Below the pieces are notes generated by a model. The model made no database searches, was not told where the DNA came from, and saw only the letters and a list, made by a program, of their open reading frames with translations. The translations under genes and the position numbers were made by a program. Shown piece after piece: positions 32,101-43,121 of a DNA stretch of 43,688 nucleotides (its first letter is position 1; each line of letters opens with the position of its first letter). Source of the stretch: Klebsormidium nitens. Its lineage: Eukaryota > Plantae > Klebsormidiophyceae. The stretch spans positions 1 to 43,688 of the forward strand of contig DF237646.1 of assembly GCA_000708835.1 (NCBI GenBank), read 5' to 3'.

Positions 32101-35100
32101 CCCTAGCCGCTCCCCTAACCCCAGCGCTTCTCCCAGTCCACGCCCCTCAAACTCGCAAACTCCGGCGCCCAGTGCTAGCGCAGTTGCCTCTCGAAGCCCC
32201 GCCCCCTCCATAAGTCCCCGAGCTTCGGTTAGCCCTAAACCCTCGGTTAGCGCCAAACCCTCGGTTAGCGCCAGACCCTCCTCAAGCCCGCGGCAGTATC
32301 CAACCCCTAAACCCTCCCCCTCGTCCACCCCAAAACCTTCCCCCTTGCCGGCAAACGCTTACCGAGACTGGCTGGTCTCGCTTTTGAGCGCCCATTACTC
32401 GCAGCAGTACGGTGTTCCTTATAAACCAGCGGAACAGGGTTACGGAAGTTACGGAAACACAGGGTACGGGAATTCTGGTTACGGGGCGGCTTACACAAAT
32501 CCGTACCAAGGTTTCGGCAACCAAGGGCAAAACCAGGCATACTATCCTTTTGGGAGTTACCCAGCGGTTAGCACGGCTGGGGCGTCAAATCAGGGTTATT
32601 GGCAGAGTGCTTATGATGGGTCCCAGCAGTTAGGAGAGGCAAACGACGAGGGCAATGAAAGAGGAAACGGTGACTTTTGGGGGCGACGTGGCAGGCGACT
32701 GCTCGCCCAGGTGAGCTACGAATTCGTGGACACCTGTCCGAAACATCAATATCAAAATCTTTATCGTCAAGTCCTTATTTCCTCCTTAATGAAGGCTCAA
32801 AGTAGCTGGTTGGGAAGTGGTTTGTACCGCTCAGCATTTTCTTGTATGAAAGTCTCCTTGTAGTGGTTTGCATGTACCAGTTCAGGCCGAGTTCGGCTTG
32901 TGGACATGCTTACTGTTTTCGAGAGTGTCCATCCAAAGCGGGTGTGGGCCCTTCAGTCTTTTCTGATCCCGATCTCTTTCTTCCTCCAAAGGCTGTTTGG
33001 CTTGGCGTATAACCCTTTCAAAGAGTCTGTTTGGCATCTTTTTGCATAATGCACGCGTATTGGTTGACGGGATCAACTCCTGAAGCTCCTGCAGTGAGCC
33101 CCCGGGAACCTAGCATAGAGGTTATCAGATTGCCAGATGAAACCTCCGTTCCTCCTCCGTTCCGTTCCTCCGTTCATCTCTAATCAGAGCCACTCCGCGC
33201 ATTTGCCCCGTCCTCTAAAGGCTCCTTTCCCACACAGGGAAACTCCAACCGGGACGACTCTCCAGGGCAGCCCACCAGCCGTCGCCGGCGCAACCGGGAA
33301 GACAACTACGACCCCATCCAAGTTCTCGCAAACACCCCCCCGGCACCGGTCACCCCTCTCCCGGGGCAATCCCCTGGGCGTAATTACGTCCCTTTCACCA
33401 CTGGTCCGTGTGTCACGAACATCAACCGGCCGCGACGGCCTCCCAAAAAGGAGGGGAGGAAACCTGCGGCGTCCCCCAAACCGGGCGCGGTCAACCCGGT
33501 GGTTAACGACACGTCCGGGGTGGTGGAGGTGCTGGTTATCCAGGGGTTATGCGTCCCGGTCAACACGAACGTGACGTTCCAGGTGTATCTGGAACTTCCG
33601 CAAGTAAGAGAAAACGTCTGAGGCGAATCATCGCAAGGTCCCAGCAACCTTGGAGCTCTTTTCAGAATCACATGGTCTGGCCACGTGGGAGAAGTGCAAA
33701 TGAATCAAACCAGACAAGTGATGAGCACGTTCCGTTTCGCACGCCTTTCAAGGTTTTTGATGGCTGAAGCGAGCAGCGTAGATGACAGTCGTTGCTGGAA
33801 ACAGCGTGCAGAACTGTGAAAGAGTTGGAGGAGAGTACACATGAAGATCAGTGTATGACTTGCTTCGCCTATTCTAAAGTGCCACGTTCTGAATTGTCAA
33901 ACATTCTAAGACCGCATCTTCACCGGCAATCCGCAGTTCAACGATCTTTTTCATTCAATCCGCTGATATTCAATCAATGTCCTGCTTTTACTCTGCTCTT
34001 CGTCGTGAATCTGATCCCCCGAGCGATATTTATCAATGCCAAAGCTCTTTCTTAATCGCGAAGCTAACCCCAACACTTTCCACGCAGGCCACTGCCCGCG
34101 TTTACCCTGACGACAGCCGCGTTTCCCGCTGGTACGTCGGCCAGTACGTCCACGTTCCGATGATGCCTATGGGCGGCACCGGAACGGACGGAATCGACGG
34201 AAGCGGAATGTTGGACGGTGGGATGGGCGGCATGCGGCGAAGACGGCTGCTTGGGGTGCAGGTAAGGAGGCGGTTAAAATATCAAATTGTTTTTAAGAAA
34301 AAGCTGAGTATTTTGAGAACCATTCGAGTTGTCCCCTCTTCGTGATTGCTTGTATGTCATCAGGCTATTGATCGCAAGTCTTCTCTAACGGTTATAGTTG
34401 TTGAGTGGCCTTGATTTGTGCTGTCTCCAAAATCTCGAAAGTAGCAATAGGCTTCCGTCTTGATCCATGTTACACCTCTTCCGTAGTATATTCTGTGTCG
34501 TAAAATGGCCCGCAATTGTGATGGATTATTGCCACCGGTTCGACGTGCGAACGGTGCGCTGATTTTACTGAAGGCTCTTAGAGATGCAGAAAGCTGGGGC
34601 CCATTCTACTGAGTAAGACGTCGTCGAATTGATGAAAGAGACCGCGACCTAAACAAGAAACCTGTTTGGATGATGGCTTAATTGCTTGTCGCTCGCTGCG
34701 TTGTAAATGGAAATCTCGTGAGTCCAGACACCCAGAAAGTACCCTGCATCGATGATGGGCGTTTGACGTGAGCCTATTTTCTCTTTTCTTCTGCAGGCTG
34801 CGTATTCCCAGGCAGGGGGTTCACAGCAACCATACCAGACCACCCTCAGTCAAGCCGGGGTTTCTTGGTCAGGATATCTGGAGCAAGCAGCCGGTTTGCC
34901 CCAGGGTTATGCAGCTGGTTATGCTCAAGCGAACTACGGTTCTCAGGCCGGCGGTTATCTGGCGCAGGTTGGTGGTTATCGACCGCAGACAGTGGGTTAC
35001 CAGCCGCAAACCGTCGGTTACCAGCAGACTGCGAATCCTGCCTATCCGCAGACCTATGGTCAGTCCGTCCCCGGTTATCAGACTGGTTACGGAAACTTGC

Positions 35101-35777
35101 CCAGCGGTTACCAAGCGGGTTATCAGCCGGGTTACGGGCAGGGTTACCAGTCTGCTTATGGGCAGGTTAACCAGCAGATCTACCAGCCGGGTTATCAGCC
35201 GGGTTTCCAGCTGGGTAATCAGGCACTCGGTCAATTAAGTTATCAGTCCGGTTACCAAGCGGGTTACCAGCCTGGCTTTGAAACCGTTGTTCAGCCCGGC
35301 GTCCAGTCAGGCAACCGGTTAAGCTATCAGCCGGGTTATCAAGGCAGCGGTGCCAATTCGGGTAAACAGGGTTTCGGCCAAGCCTACTCGTCAAACTCTG
35401 CCCCGTCTAATTTCGCCCCTAAAGGCGGAAGCGCCCCCTTCGACGAAGTTCCTTCGTATCAGTCATACGTGGGGAGTCAGAAAGACGGGAGCAGTGTTGG
35501 GAACACCTACGACCGCCCGGGGTCGGCCGCTCATGAGCAGCAAACGTCGACGCCGTCAACACCGGCGGGGGTAATGAGCAGCATGGACTCGGCCGCGTGT
35601 ATGCTTGAGAACGTTAGATTCTGTATCAACAGGAACGTGATGAATCTGGGTATAGTGGATGCGAGTACGTTGACCGTCGTGCTGGTGCCAGTGGCAGTTG
35701 ACGAGAATGGGGAGCAAGTGCAGCCCTCAAGTCCACCTCCTGTGACGTTTGAAAACATTCTGATTGAATTCGAGTAG
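25659..35777 (+). CDS. PPO: Plant-type polyphenol oxidase/tyrosinase fused to a Ser-Pro stalk and Tyr/Gly/Gln-rich modules, 8 exons, ~1700 aa, probably secreted
   Basis: Exons 25659-26170, 27527-27704, 28020 (or 28158)-28257, 29250-29511, 30316-32710, 33238-33603, 34088-34261, 34797-35777; phases consistent, 5106 nt. CuA: [22 protein letters not shown], followed by [11 protein letters not shown]. CuB: [12 protein letters not shown]...DMG...[21 protein letters not shown]-like: [27 protein letters not shown]-like: [15 protein letters not shown] / YVGQYVHVP / [18 protein letters not shown]. Confidence 0.92.
27085..27480 (+). repeat. Three degenerate tandem copies of the PPO exon-2 acceptor and 5' half
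   Basis: ctccag|gtggt(a/g)..tgtact..gagc..atcctgg..cag..ggagacccc starts at 27125, 27264 and 27404; the functional copy starts at 27527. Confidence 0.92.
27527..27704 (+). CDS. PPO: PPO exon 2 ([11 protein letters not shown]...LPFWNWD...)
   Basis: ctttcag|g ... cag|gtacga. Confidence 0.92.
28020..28257 (+). CDS. PPO: PPO exon 3 (5' end at 28020 or 28158)
   Basis: Two in-frame acceptors (cttcttcag|aac and cgtgcag|atc); [19 protein letters not shown]; donor g|gttagt. Confidence 0.75.
29250..29511 (+). CDS. PPO: PPO exon 4 (CuB site)
   Basis: actttcag|gg ... at|gtaagt; HGAVH and [11 protein letters not shown]. Confidence 0.93.
30316..32710 (+). CDS. PPO: PPO exon 5 (end of DWL domain, Ser-Pro stalk, Tyr-rich module 1, RRLL)
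   Basis: gtgcag|a ... cag|gtgagc; 2395-nt open exon. Confidence 0.88.
30400..32345 (+). repeat. ~650-aa Ser-Pro (SPSP/SPAP) low-complexity coding repeat with internal duplications
   Basis: Translation dominated by SP/PS/AP dipeptides. Unit SPIAS(A/P)[11 protein letters not shown] recurs at ~31190, ~31365 and ~31500. Confidence 0.95.
33238..33603 (+). CDS. PPO: PPO exon 6 (start of KFDV-type domain)
   Basis: cccacacag|gga ... caa|gtaaga; [28 protein letters not shown]. Confidence 0.85.
34088..34261 (+). CDS. PPO: PPO exon 7 (YVGQYVHVP...RRRRLLGVQ)
   Basis: ccacgcag|gcc ... cag|gtaagg. Confidence 0.85.
34797..35777 (+). CDS. PPO: PPO exon 8 (GYQ-rich module 2 and end of KFDV-type domain)
   Basis: ttcttctgcag|gct, in frame with ORF 34896-35777; ends LTVVLVP...[11 protein letters not shown]-stop. 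Confidence 0.88.
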   Translation, partial: AAYSQAGGSQQPYQTTLSQAGVSWSGYLEQAAGLPQGYAAGYAQANYGSQAGGYLAQVGGYRPQTVGYQPQTVGYQQTANPAYPQTYGQSVPGYQTGYGNLPSGYQAGYQPGYGQGYQSAYGQVNQQIYQPGYQPGFQLGNQALGQLSYQSGYQAGYQPGFETVVQPGVQSGNRLSYQPGYQGSGANSGKQGFGQAYSSNSAPSNFAPKGGSAPFDEVPSYQSYVGSQKDGSSVGNTYDRPGSAAHEQQTSTPSTPAGVMSSMDSAACMLENVRFCINRNVMNLGIVDASTLTVVLVPVAVDENGEQVQPSSPPPVTFENILIEFE

Positions 35778-37570
35778 AATTCCGGATTGAAGCTGGGCCC
35801 GCAGTGCCGCACGCTAGCTAGGACCAACTAGACTGTCAGCTTGAATAATTTGCTTGCACGAGTAGCTGAGAGGCAGCAGAACAAAGGCATACATCGAGCC
35901 TGCGCGCGTTTTGAACACGTATCGATCAATGTAAGCTGAAAAGCGGTGCGAATGTTATTTGAGAAATGGCCTCAATTCGAAGTGCATGACATTTTACAGG
36001 CCTAGCTGTTTTTGTTCACCCAATGATCATACAGATCCGAATTAAAGCCTGAAATTCAATGGACTATTGCATCAAACTTGAACTTGTTAGACATATTACT
36101 GGAGGTGACGGTAACTTAGAAATACATCGCGTGCGCGCAGTCACCCGTCACTCGATCAAGTTAAGAGGATGTCGCGTTGCGCAATTTGTTACTACCAAAA
36201 TCTGGAAGCTTATAGATGCCGCGGTCGATCACTGCCGACAATAAATCTCAAATGATATCCAGGCTAATGTCGCGGGGCTCATGCATGCCGGGTAATTTTG
36301 GAGTCAATGATCGACAGCTAGGCTCCGACGTCTCCAGCCGTTGAGAGTCACAAGCTCAGTACATGCAGTACTGCCGCACCAATACTCAGGCTGATCAACT
36401 CGAGTTGCCGAGCACGCATGATCGACGTTGTGTAGGTACGTGATATCGATTGCAATAGTGTGCGTCATGGCAATATCATCTATCAGTATTCTTAATAGAG
36501 CAATGGCCGTGATGGTCGGACGCAGCGCAGGCGCTAGCTGTATGGCTTCAATGTCCGGGTTGTCAACCGGCAAGCCTGCAGTATGGCGGCGCGCTTGCAG
36601 CCGCCTAGATGTTCGCCTTTTTCAAAACGGCAGACCGTACGTCAATATGATCACATGCCAGGATCACAATTGCACAAGTCTCCCCCTTTCTGGTTTTCGA
36701 CATGTTGAAGGCCGGGGTGTTCAAGTTTTAAGTTTTGAGTATAGATAGTAAGAGCTGAGCTAGAGGACTAGAGATCCGACCAGAATTGAGTGTGAACATG
36801 TCTGAATGGCCGGGAGGCTTTGAGCCCGCCCTAATGATCCACAGTCGGACCAATGACAGGGGCAAGATGTAGGAGTGATCTGGGGAAACCCAATCTTTAG
36901 GATCGGACGGCATCAGACGGCATCGATCACGCTCGCACTCTGGCATCATTGCAATCGACCCCATCTTCCTTGCTCTCTTCAACGAATAGGCGCTGGGTTC
37001 ATCATTTGAGAACATGAAGGCAGAACGGAAATCTCGTGCCGATAAGTCGATAAGTCGAGAAGTTTCATAGGGGTTTCAGATGCATGATTGAAGGTTAGCA
37101 TGCCTGCATATTATAATATTATGGTACTAGCTATTGCTGCTTCATACTCAGTGACTGATAGGGTACTCGCACCTACGATTTTTCGGCCGATCTGTTCTCT
37201 TCTCTTCTCTTGTCGCGGGTTTCTTGCGAATTCTCGCCGATTCTGTCCATTCTGGCCGCAAGAAGAACTTTTTCTTGTGGCGGCCCCGTGGCGGCTTCCC
37301 TTGCCGGTTCTAGCTTGTGCGATGCATAGCTTATGCAACTCACTGTCCGCGTATGGCCGACTGTGGATGTCATCGCACTCATCGCAGCCGTCCGAAGCCT
37401 AAATCAAAGCCATCGTTAGCCGCCGGATCAGGACTGTCAGGCCGGCCAGAAAAGACCAATGGGCAGCGTACAGCCCAGTGCGGATAATCGGTCTTTTCTT
37501 GCCTTTTCTGGCCGTTATCACAGGAAAAGCGGCATGAAAAGATCCACAAGAAAAGTTGGAATCCTTCAGC

Positions 37571-38410
37571 TAGGGTCGAATACCCTTTGAGCAGTGAGCG
37601 CCCGCGCGCCGCCGCGCACAAACGGCTCAGGGTCAACCTTGCATGTCGGAAGTTTAAGTTCGGCCGTTGACCGGCAATTCAGCTCTGGACTTCGGAAGTT
37701 CGGAGTCCNNNNNNNNNNNNNNNNNNNNNNNNNNNNNNNNNNNNNNNNNNNNNNNNNNNNNNNNNNNNNNNNNNNNNNNNNNNNNNNNNNNNNNNNNNNN
37801 NNNNNNNNNNNNNNNNNNNNNNNNNNNNNNNNNNNNNNNNNNNNNNNNNNNNNNNNNNNNNNNNNNNNNNNNNNNNNNNNNNNNNNNNNNNNNNNNNNNN
37901 NNNNNNNNNNNNNNNNNNNNNNNNNNNNNNNNNNNNNNNNNNNNNNNNNNNNNNNNNNNNNNNNNNACGCACAGAGGTTCGGGTTCCGGGTTCCCCAGCC
38001 AAATTGGGAACCTGGTGCTTCAATTTGCAACCCGGTGCCGAGGAACGGCTGTGCACACAGGAGTCGGGTTCCGGGTTCTCGATCGCAACCTGGTTCCTCG
38101 AATTTGCCAAAATTTGGAACCCGGCCGTAGGGCTGGGTTCCGAATTACAATCGGGTTCTTGTTCGTAGAAAACAGGTTGTCGAGTTGCCTGTGTGCATAG
38201 CGGGTTGCCGGGTTCCAGGTGGCCGGGTTCCGACTTCCGATACTGTAAAATTGGCTTTGGAGCCCCAAAATCGGCACCGAGACCCAACTTTGTGTGTGCA
38301 TAGGCCCTTGGAATCTGGATACCGGTATTCTAGGTTGAAGTCTGCCCGCCCAATTACGGTACCTATTATGATTGAGTCTTGACCATTGACGGCGTCAAAG
38401 ACCCTGTCAG
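37571..38410. repeat. Cluster of (C)GGGTTCC / GGAACCC motifs next to an assembly gap; possible non-autonomous DNA transposon
   Basis: gggttccgggttcc-type motifs recur from 37975 to 38232. The region starts tagggtc (37571) and ends gaccctg (~38400), a weak TIR-like match with no TSD found. Confidence 0.45.
37709..37966. other. Assembly gap (N run)
   Basis: 258 consecutive N. Confidence 1.
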
Positions 38411-40299
38411 AACGCTGCAGAAACTCCGGAGCCGGCAACGGCACACGGGGGTCTCGAGTCGCAGCAAATTTGGACAAGGTTTGAATAACTAGCCTGGATA
38501 ACTATATTTCGACTTCGATTTAACCGTCAGGTTTGATACGTATTCCACTTGCCCACCGAGTATTCTAAGTCGAGGTCGGAGGTGTTCTCGTTTTGTTTTT
38601 AAAACTCAGCCCAAAAACTGAAATCGAGGTTACTGCAACAAACAAGTTGTAGATGACAAGCACTTGCCCCGGCCTGCCGTTGACTCTGATCAGTTTGTAC
38701 GGACTCTTAAACTAACGTCCAAACGACACCGTTGCACAGAAGGTCCTCGCTGCATGAATATGAATCGGCTGAGACCTGAGTGCCAGCCTCCAGGCTGAGC
38801 TAAAGTACGGTACAGTACTTGCCGGCAGTCGGCCCAAGTTTTGGGTATGCAAGTTTTAGGTTAACGGTTAAACGTTGGCTCAAGCTACATTCTAGAGAAA
38901 TTTGTGTGGATGTTTGGGGGCGCTTTGGGGCGCCCTCCTAATTTTGCTGCCAGTCCCGCGCTGCGCCAAAATCTGTCGATCCGGAACATTGTTCTTCAAC
39001 TGGAATGTGCTTTGTTTTAGCTTGCATAGAATTTGTTAACCCTTCGCCAACGGTCAGCGACCAAAGCCGCTGCCATGCCGTTTTGCGTCAGAGATCGAGT
39101 CAATACGGTACTTTGTTGGCGACTGGGTGTCCAGGTGTATTCTATGACTTGGTCACGTCGTCCAAGTTTGTAGTAAACTAGGCGGTTACGGCCTGTACGG
39201 CAGCTCGGGTTACCGCAAAAAAATCGCAGCCATGCGGCAAACAGAACATCGGCCGGCGGCTCTGCTTCACGGCTGCAGACTCCAGAGTCGTGCAGACAGA
39301 ATGTCAGCGATTTGTTGGGTTAAGTGGCGACATCGGGCGGCCGCCGGCGCCTTTAAGTAGCTGCCAATTGGCGTGCGCAGCTTGGTTACCGAGCTTCTAG
39401 GGTTGCGAATCGCGATCCAGGATGCGGCTGAACCCTGCTCAGAAACGCAGCAGGCATACACCGCATGTCGTAATCTCGAGCTTGCTAACAATATGTAGGT
39501 GGAGCAGCAGGCGCGTCGCCGCCCTAGCTGCTGCTGCAGGAGCTGCAAATATGATGCCACTTTTTTGATGGTGCTCGCCAATAATAAGCTGTCAGAGAGC
39601 GAGTTGGTTGAGCGACCGGGGCGTCAGCTTGCGAGACCATACAAAGAGGGGAGTCAGCTCCTGAATGTCGCCCTGACAGGATGCGTTGCGCACCGACAAC
39701 GAGCTCCTTCTCCTGCGGCAAAACTGATCATCTCATCATGAGCCAAACAGTTCCTTGGGGCCGGTCAGCGCTGCAGGCTTACCCGCAAAAGCTTGCAAAG
39801 CATATCAATGTAGCATCTATCAATGCTGTTTGCAGCGCAGGGACAGATGCACGCGCGTGGAAGCCCTGTTTTCTGAAGGAGACCTGCACAGCTGAGAGAA
39901 TTCGTTGCGAAGAGGCGCAGCTTTCGAAGCAATTGCGCGGTCAATGCTGGGTCTGGCGGACAATAGGGCTTCTAGAATTCGGTGAATGAAGACAGATTAG
40001 TCAGTCCTCGTTTGAAGAGATTGTTTGTGATTCACAGCTAGAAAGAGGGCCATTCTATAAGGCTGTAAAGCCTAGCTGAGGAGGGGTCACTGTGGCAGCT
40101 TCAACGGCGCGGCAATAAGGACAACCAGCAGCTCCAACATTGAAGTGAGTGTTTCCTGGAAAGAGTCAGGCTAGATTTTTCTAGCGAGCAGGGTCAAGAA
40201 AAGGTGGTGCGATGCTGAGAAGTCTGCCCAGCCTCCTTGCATACGCAGCGAACAATGATCAGCAGTGGCGCTAAGAAATTGAAGGGGCACAGAACCTGT

Positions 40300-42500
40300 A
40301 TCCCTCGGATCTGGACTTTTTCATAGAACGGGAATCTGCTTTTCTTTCTGACAGTGCTCCTCACCGCATTCAGATTGTTTGATTATTTTCTCAGGTGATG
40401 TCGTGAGTGCCTGCATCAAATCACCGGTAGAAGGATCTTGAATGAAGCGCCTGACCTTGCAAGTGCTCCGCACAGGCCTATCTGAAGAGGTCATCATGCA
40501 ATCAGACAGTAGCCTGATAAAGGATGGCCCGGCACTGGATAACCATAATGCGCTTGTTATTCTGGAAGAACCTAGTTGTTTTCAAAGCAGGTGAAGTTTG
40601 AAAAGCGACCCTTCTTCTAGGTGCTTATTGCCAGACTTTGGCAGAGGGAGATTTTCATTCCATCCTTTTACCAACTCGTTCCTTTCCCCTGCTGGGAGCA
40701 TGGATTTGCGCGGGCCTACTCGATGACTTCGGCTTGTCTGCTTGAGTGTTGTGAAAGCATACATTTGCTTTGGAGGTCCCATTCAGACCAGACTGTAAAG
40801 GGTGTGTTTGGTAACAGTTTCCTTTGAAAGATTCTACACCCCAATCGACTGCTGATGTGAAGGGGGACCCATGGATCCTTTTTGAGAATACTTGTTGCTT
40901 GTCCGCATCTGACGTAAGGTCTATTCCTTATATGGAAGATGGCAGTATCTACAGACCACAAGCTGGCAACTTTAAACGTATGGCAAAGCCACATTCGGTA
41001 GAAATACAAGCACACAAGGACTAAGCAAAGAAGGGACACCTCTGAAGGAAGAGACACCTCTGCAGGCGCTAAACCTCAGGTTACATCTGGCTTTCCTGTT
41101 GGGCACTGAACATTTACTTTCCGCTTTGACTTTTCCTGCCTTCATCATGAAAAGCTCCTTTGCAAGTCCTTCCAGTTTCTGCGTGCCTGTTTGGCTGGTC
41201 CAAAGGATTGTGCGAAGCTGCAAAGATTGTCCAAGCCTTGCAGCTTGTTTGTGATATGGCCTCTAGGGCCTTCAACCGCACCATTGAAGACTTTCTTTGA
41301 CCAGGGGATCCCTTACCTCAAAAGTTGACTGTCAGACTGGTCAAATTTGTGCAGGAAAAACTTAAGGGAGTTCTTGCCCATCTTTCAGGAGTACCAAGGA
41401 GAGGGATCCCCCAGACTGTTCCATCAAAGCCAGTTCACTCAAGCGGGCTGGACTCGCTCATCGGTGGGCGGATACTTGAAGCTCCTCAGTCTGCGGCGCA
41501 GCGACAAGGTGGGCAAAACTGACAATATCCTGGGCATCCCTTCAAGTCAGCACTAGTACAGACTTCAGAACTCATTTGAGAGTGACCCTCTTTAACTTTC
41601 TCATGTCCTGTGGATGCTTTTTGGCTTCGTCAAGGATCCTTCTCAACCCTCAACTGTCATATCCTGCTTTTTGAATTTACCCACAAAAGGAGTTGAGCAA
41701 TGCAAGTAGCGCCAGTTTGGCAGATTAACGGCAAGACTCCGGAAAGATTGAGCACGTGGGCTCTATTCAAGCTGGCGTAAAGGTCGTCAGAGATAGTTCT
41801 ACTCGAAGCTCTTCCAAGTAGAGGTAAGCGAATCCTCACCTTTCGAATCCAGATTCTGTGCCGTTTTGGCTGCCAAGCAAAACAGAAGACCTTCAGCTTT
41901 CTGGAAAAAGGTCAAATGCAGAGCTCTCCCTCGTAGGGATGATTAGAATTTTGACGGCTTTTGAATCCAGGATTCTGCAGATAAAGTGCTGTCAATGACC
42001 ACCGAAGGAGTAACCTTGAGGACATCTGATCCCGAAGCTCTTATTTGTGAGAATAAACAAACTTTGACGACACTTTCGACTCCAGAACCCTGCTGGCGGC
42101 ATTAGGCAGGTGTAAACACCTTTCAGATCAAAATTCTTAGAACGGACGGCTTCGGGCTACCACGGAGAGATTTTGATTTCAGATCTCCTGTTGAGGGCCA
42201 TCTTAGAAGCCTTTCAATGGCCAACAGACAGGCTGAAAGGCTCAATTTCGGATCTTGTCGACTGGCGTCTGCCCACCGTATGTAGAGAAGGAGTAAACCT
42301 TTAAGGTTCCTGGCTCTAGGGTCATCTAAATGTGGCAGTGGTCCAAGTGGTTCTGTCTTGAATAATCTGCCTTGTTTTCAGAGCTTGCCAATGTATCTTG
42401 TTTCCCGTTCCTTTCTCCTCTTCTTTTGCTCATCTGAACCTGTGCCTTGCGCATCGCATTGCGCAATCGGACAGCGGCTCTAGTGGGCAGATGTGCGAGT
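40300..42500 (+). mobile_element. Highly degenerate non-LTR (LINE) retrotransposon relic; boundaries approximate
   Basis: ORF 40824-41024 has DVKGDPWILF followed ~16 aa later by PYMEDGSIY, the order and spacing of the LINE RT QGDPL..LF and YxDD motifs. Surrounding sequence is stop-rich. Confidence 0.5.
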
Positions 42501-43121
42501 GCTCTCTAGTTTGTTTTGACCCTAACCGCTGTTTAAGATTGGAATGACAACAACGTAGGCCCGCTTGCTTCAGGAAAACATAAGGGTGCAGGTGTCTCGT
42601 CGAACCAACCTTTTTGTCAGCTCTCACCTATAACAGGACCACTCTGGCCCTCTGATTTTGTCCCTAGAGCATCTTGTCTCCGATTCAAGTCTTCACGACG
42701 TTTCAGGTACTTCTATCTGTCTTACGTGATTCAAAGGTTCGAAAAATGCTTTCCTCCTATCTACCATTTGTACCAGAACCTTTTGGTGCCCAGATTTTTT
42801 TGCCCAATTTGGAGAGCCTTCTGCCTGGCTCGACCACCCAAATCTGTCACACATACAGGCTGAGTGACATCTTCTATATTGCAGAGATAGAATCACCGAT
42901 GTTCGACCTCGAAAAACAGGTGCACAGCCACTGCTTCCTTCGCCCATCCGAAAGAGATTCTGGTAGAAACGTCGGTGAAGAATCCAGTATCAAAGACACC
43001 TGTGAGGTTGTACTGGGCACAGAATCACCTGCAGTCGTTGGTTCTTGAAAACGGGTCCACTTCGCGTCACAGATGGACGATTTCTGAGGCCTGAAACAAA
43101 TCACTCTCGACTTCGCAGGTC

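Noticed and set aside
30391-32328. 645-aa Gly/Glu-rich ORF on the minus strand
   Set aside because: Antisense shadow of the Ser-Pro exon; SP codons rarely create stops on the opposite strand. The plus frame is continuous with PPO motifs.
32711-32863. C-terminus [10 protein letters not shown]...MKVSL of ORF 30317-32863
   Set aside because: Likely intron read-through: there is a strong donor cag|gtgagc at 32710 and downstream in-phase exons complete the KFDV domain.
36304-37402. Several 90-105-aa ORFs downstream of the PPO
   Set aside because: No homology recognised and no convincing exon chain could be built; a small gene cannot be excluded.
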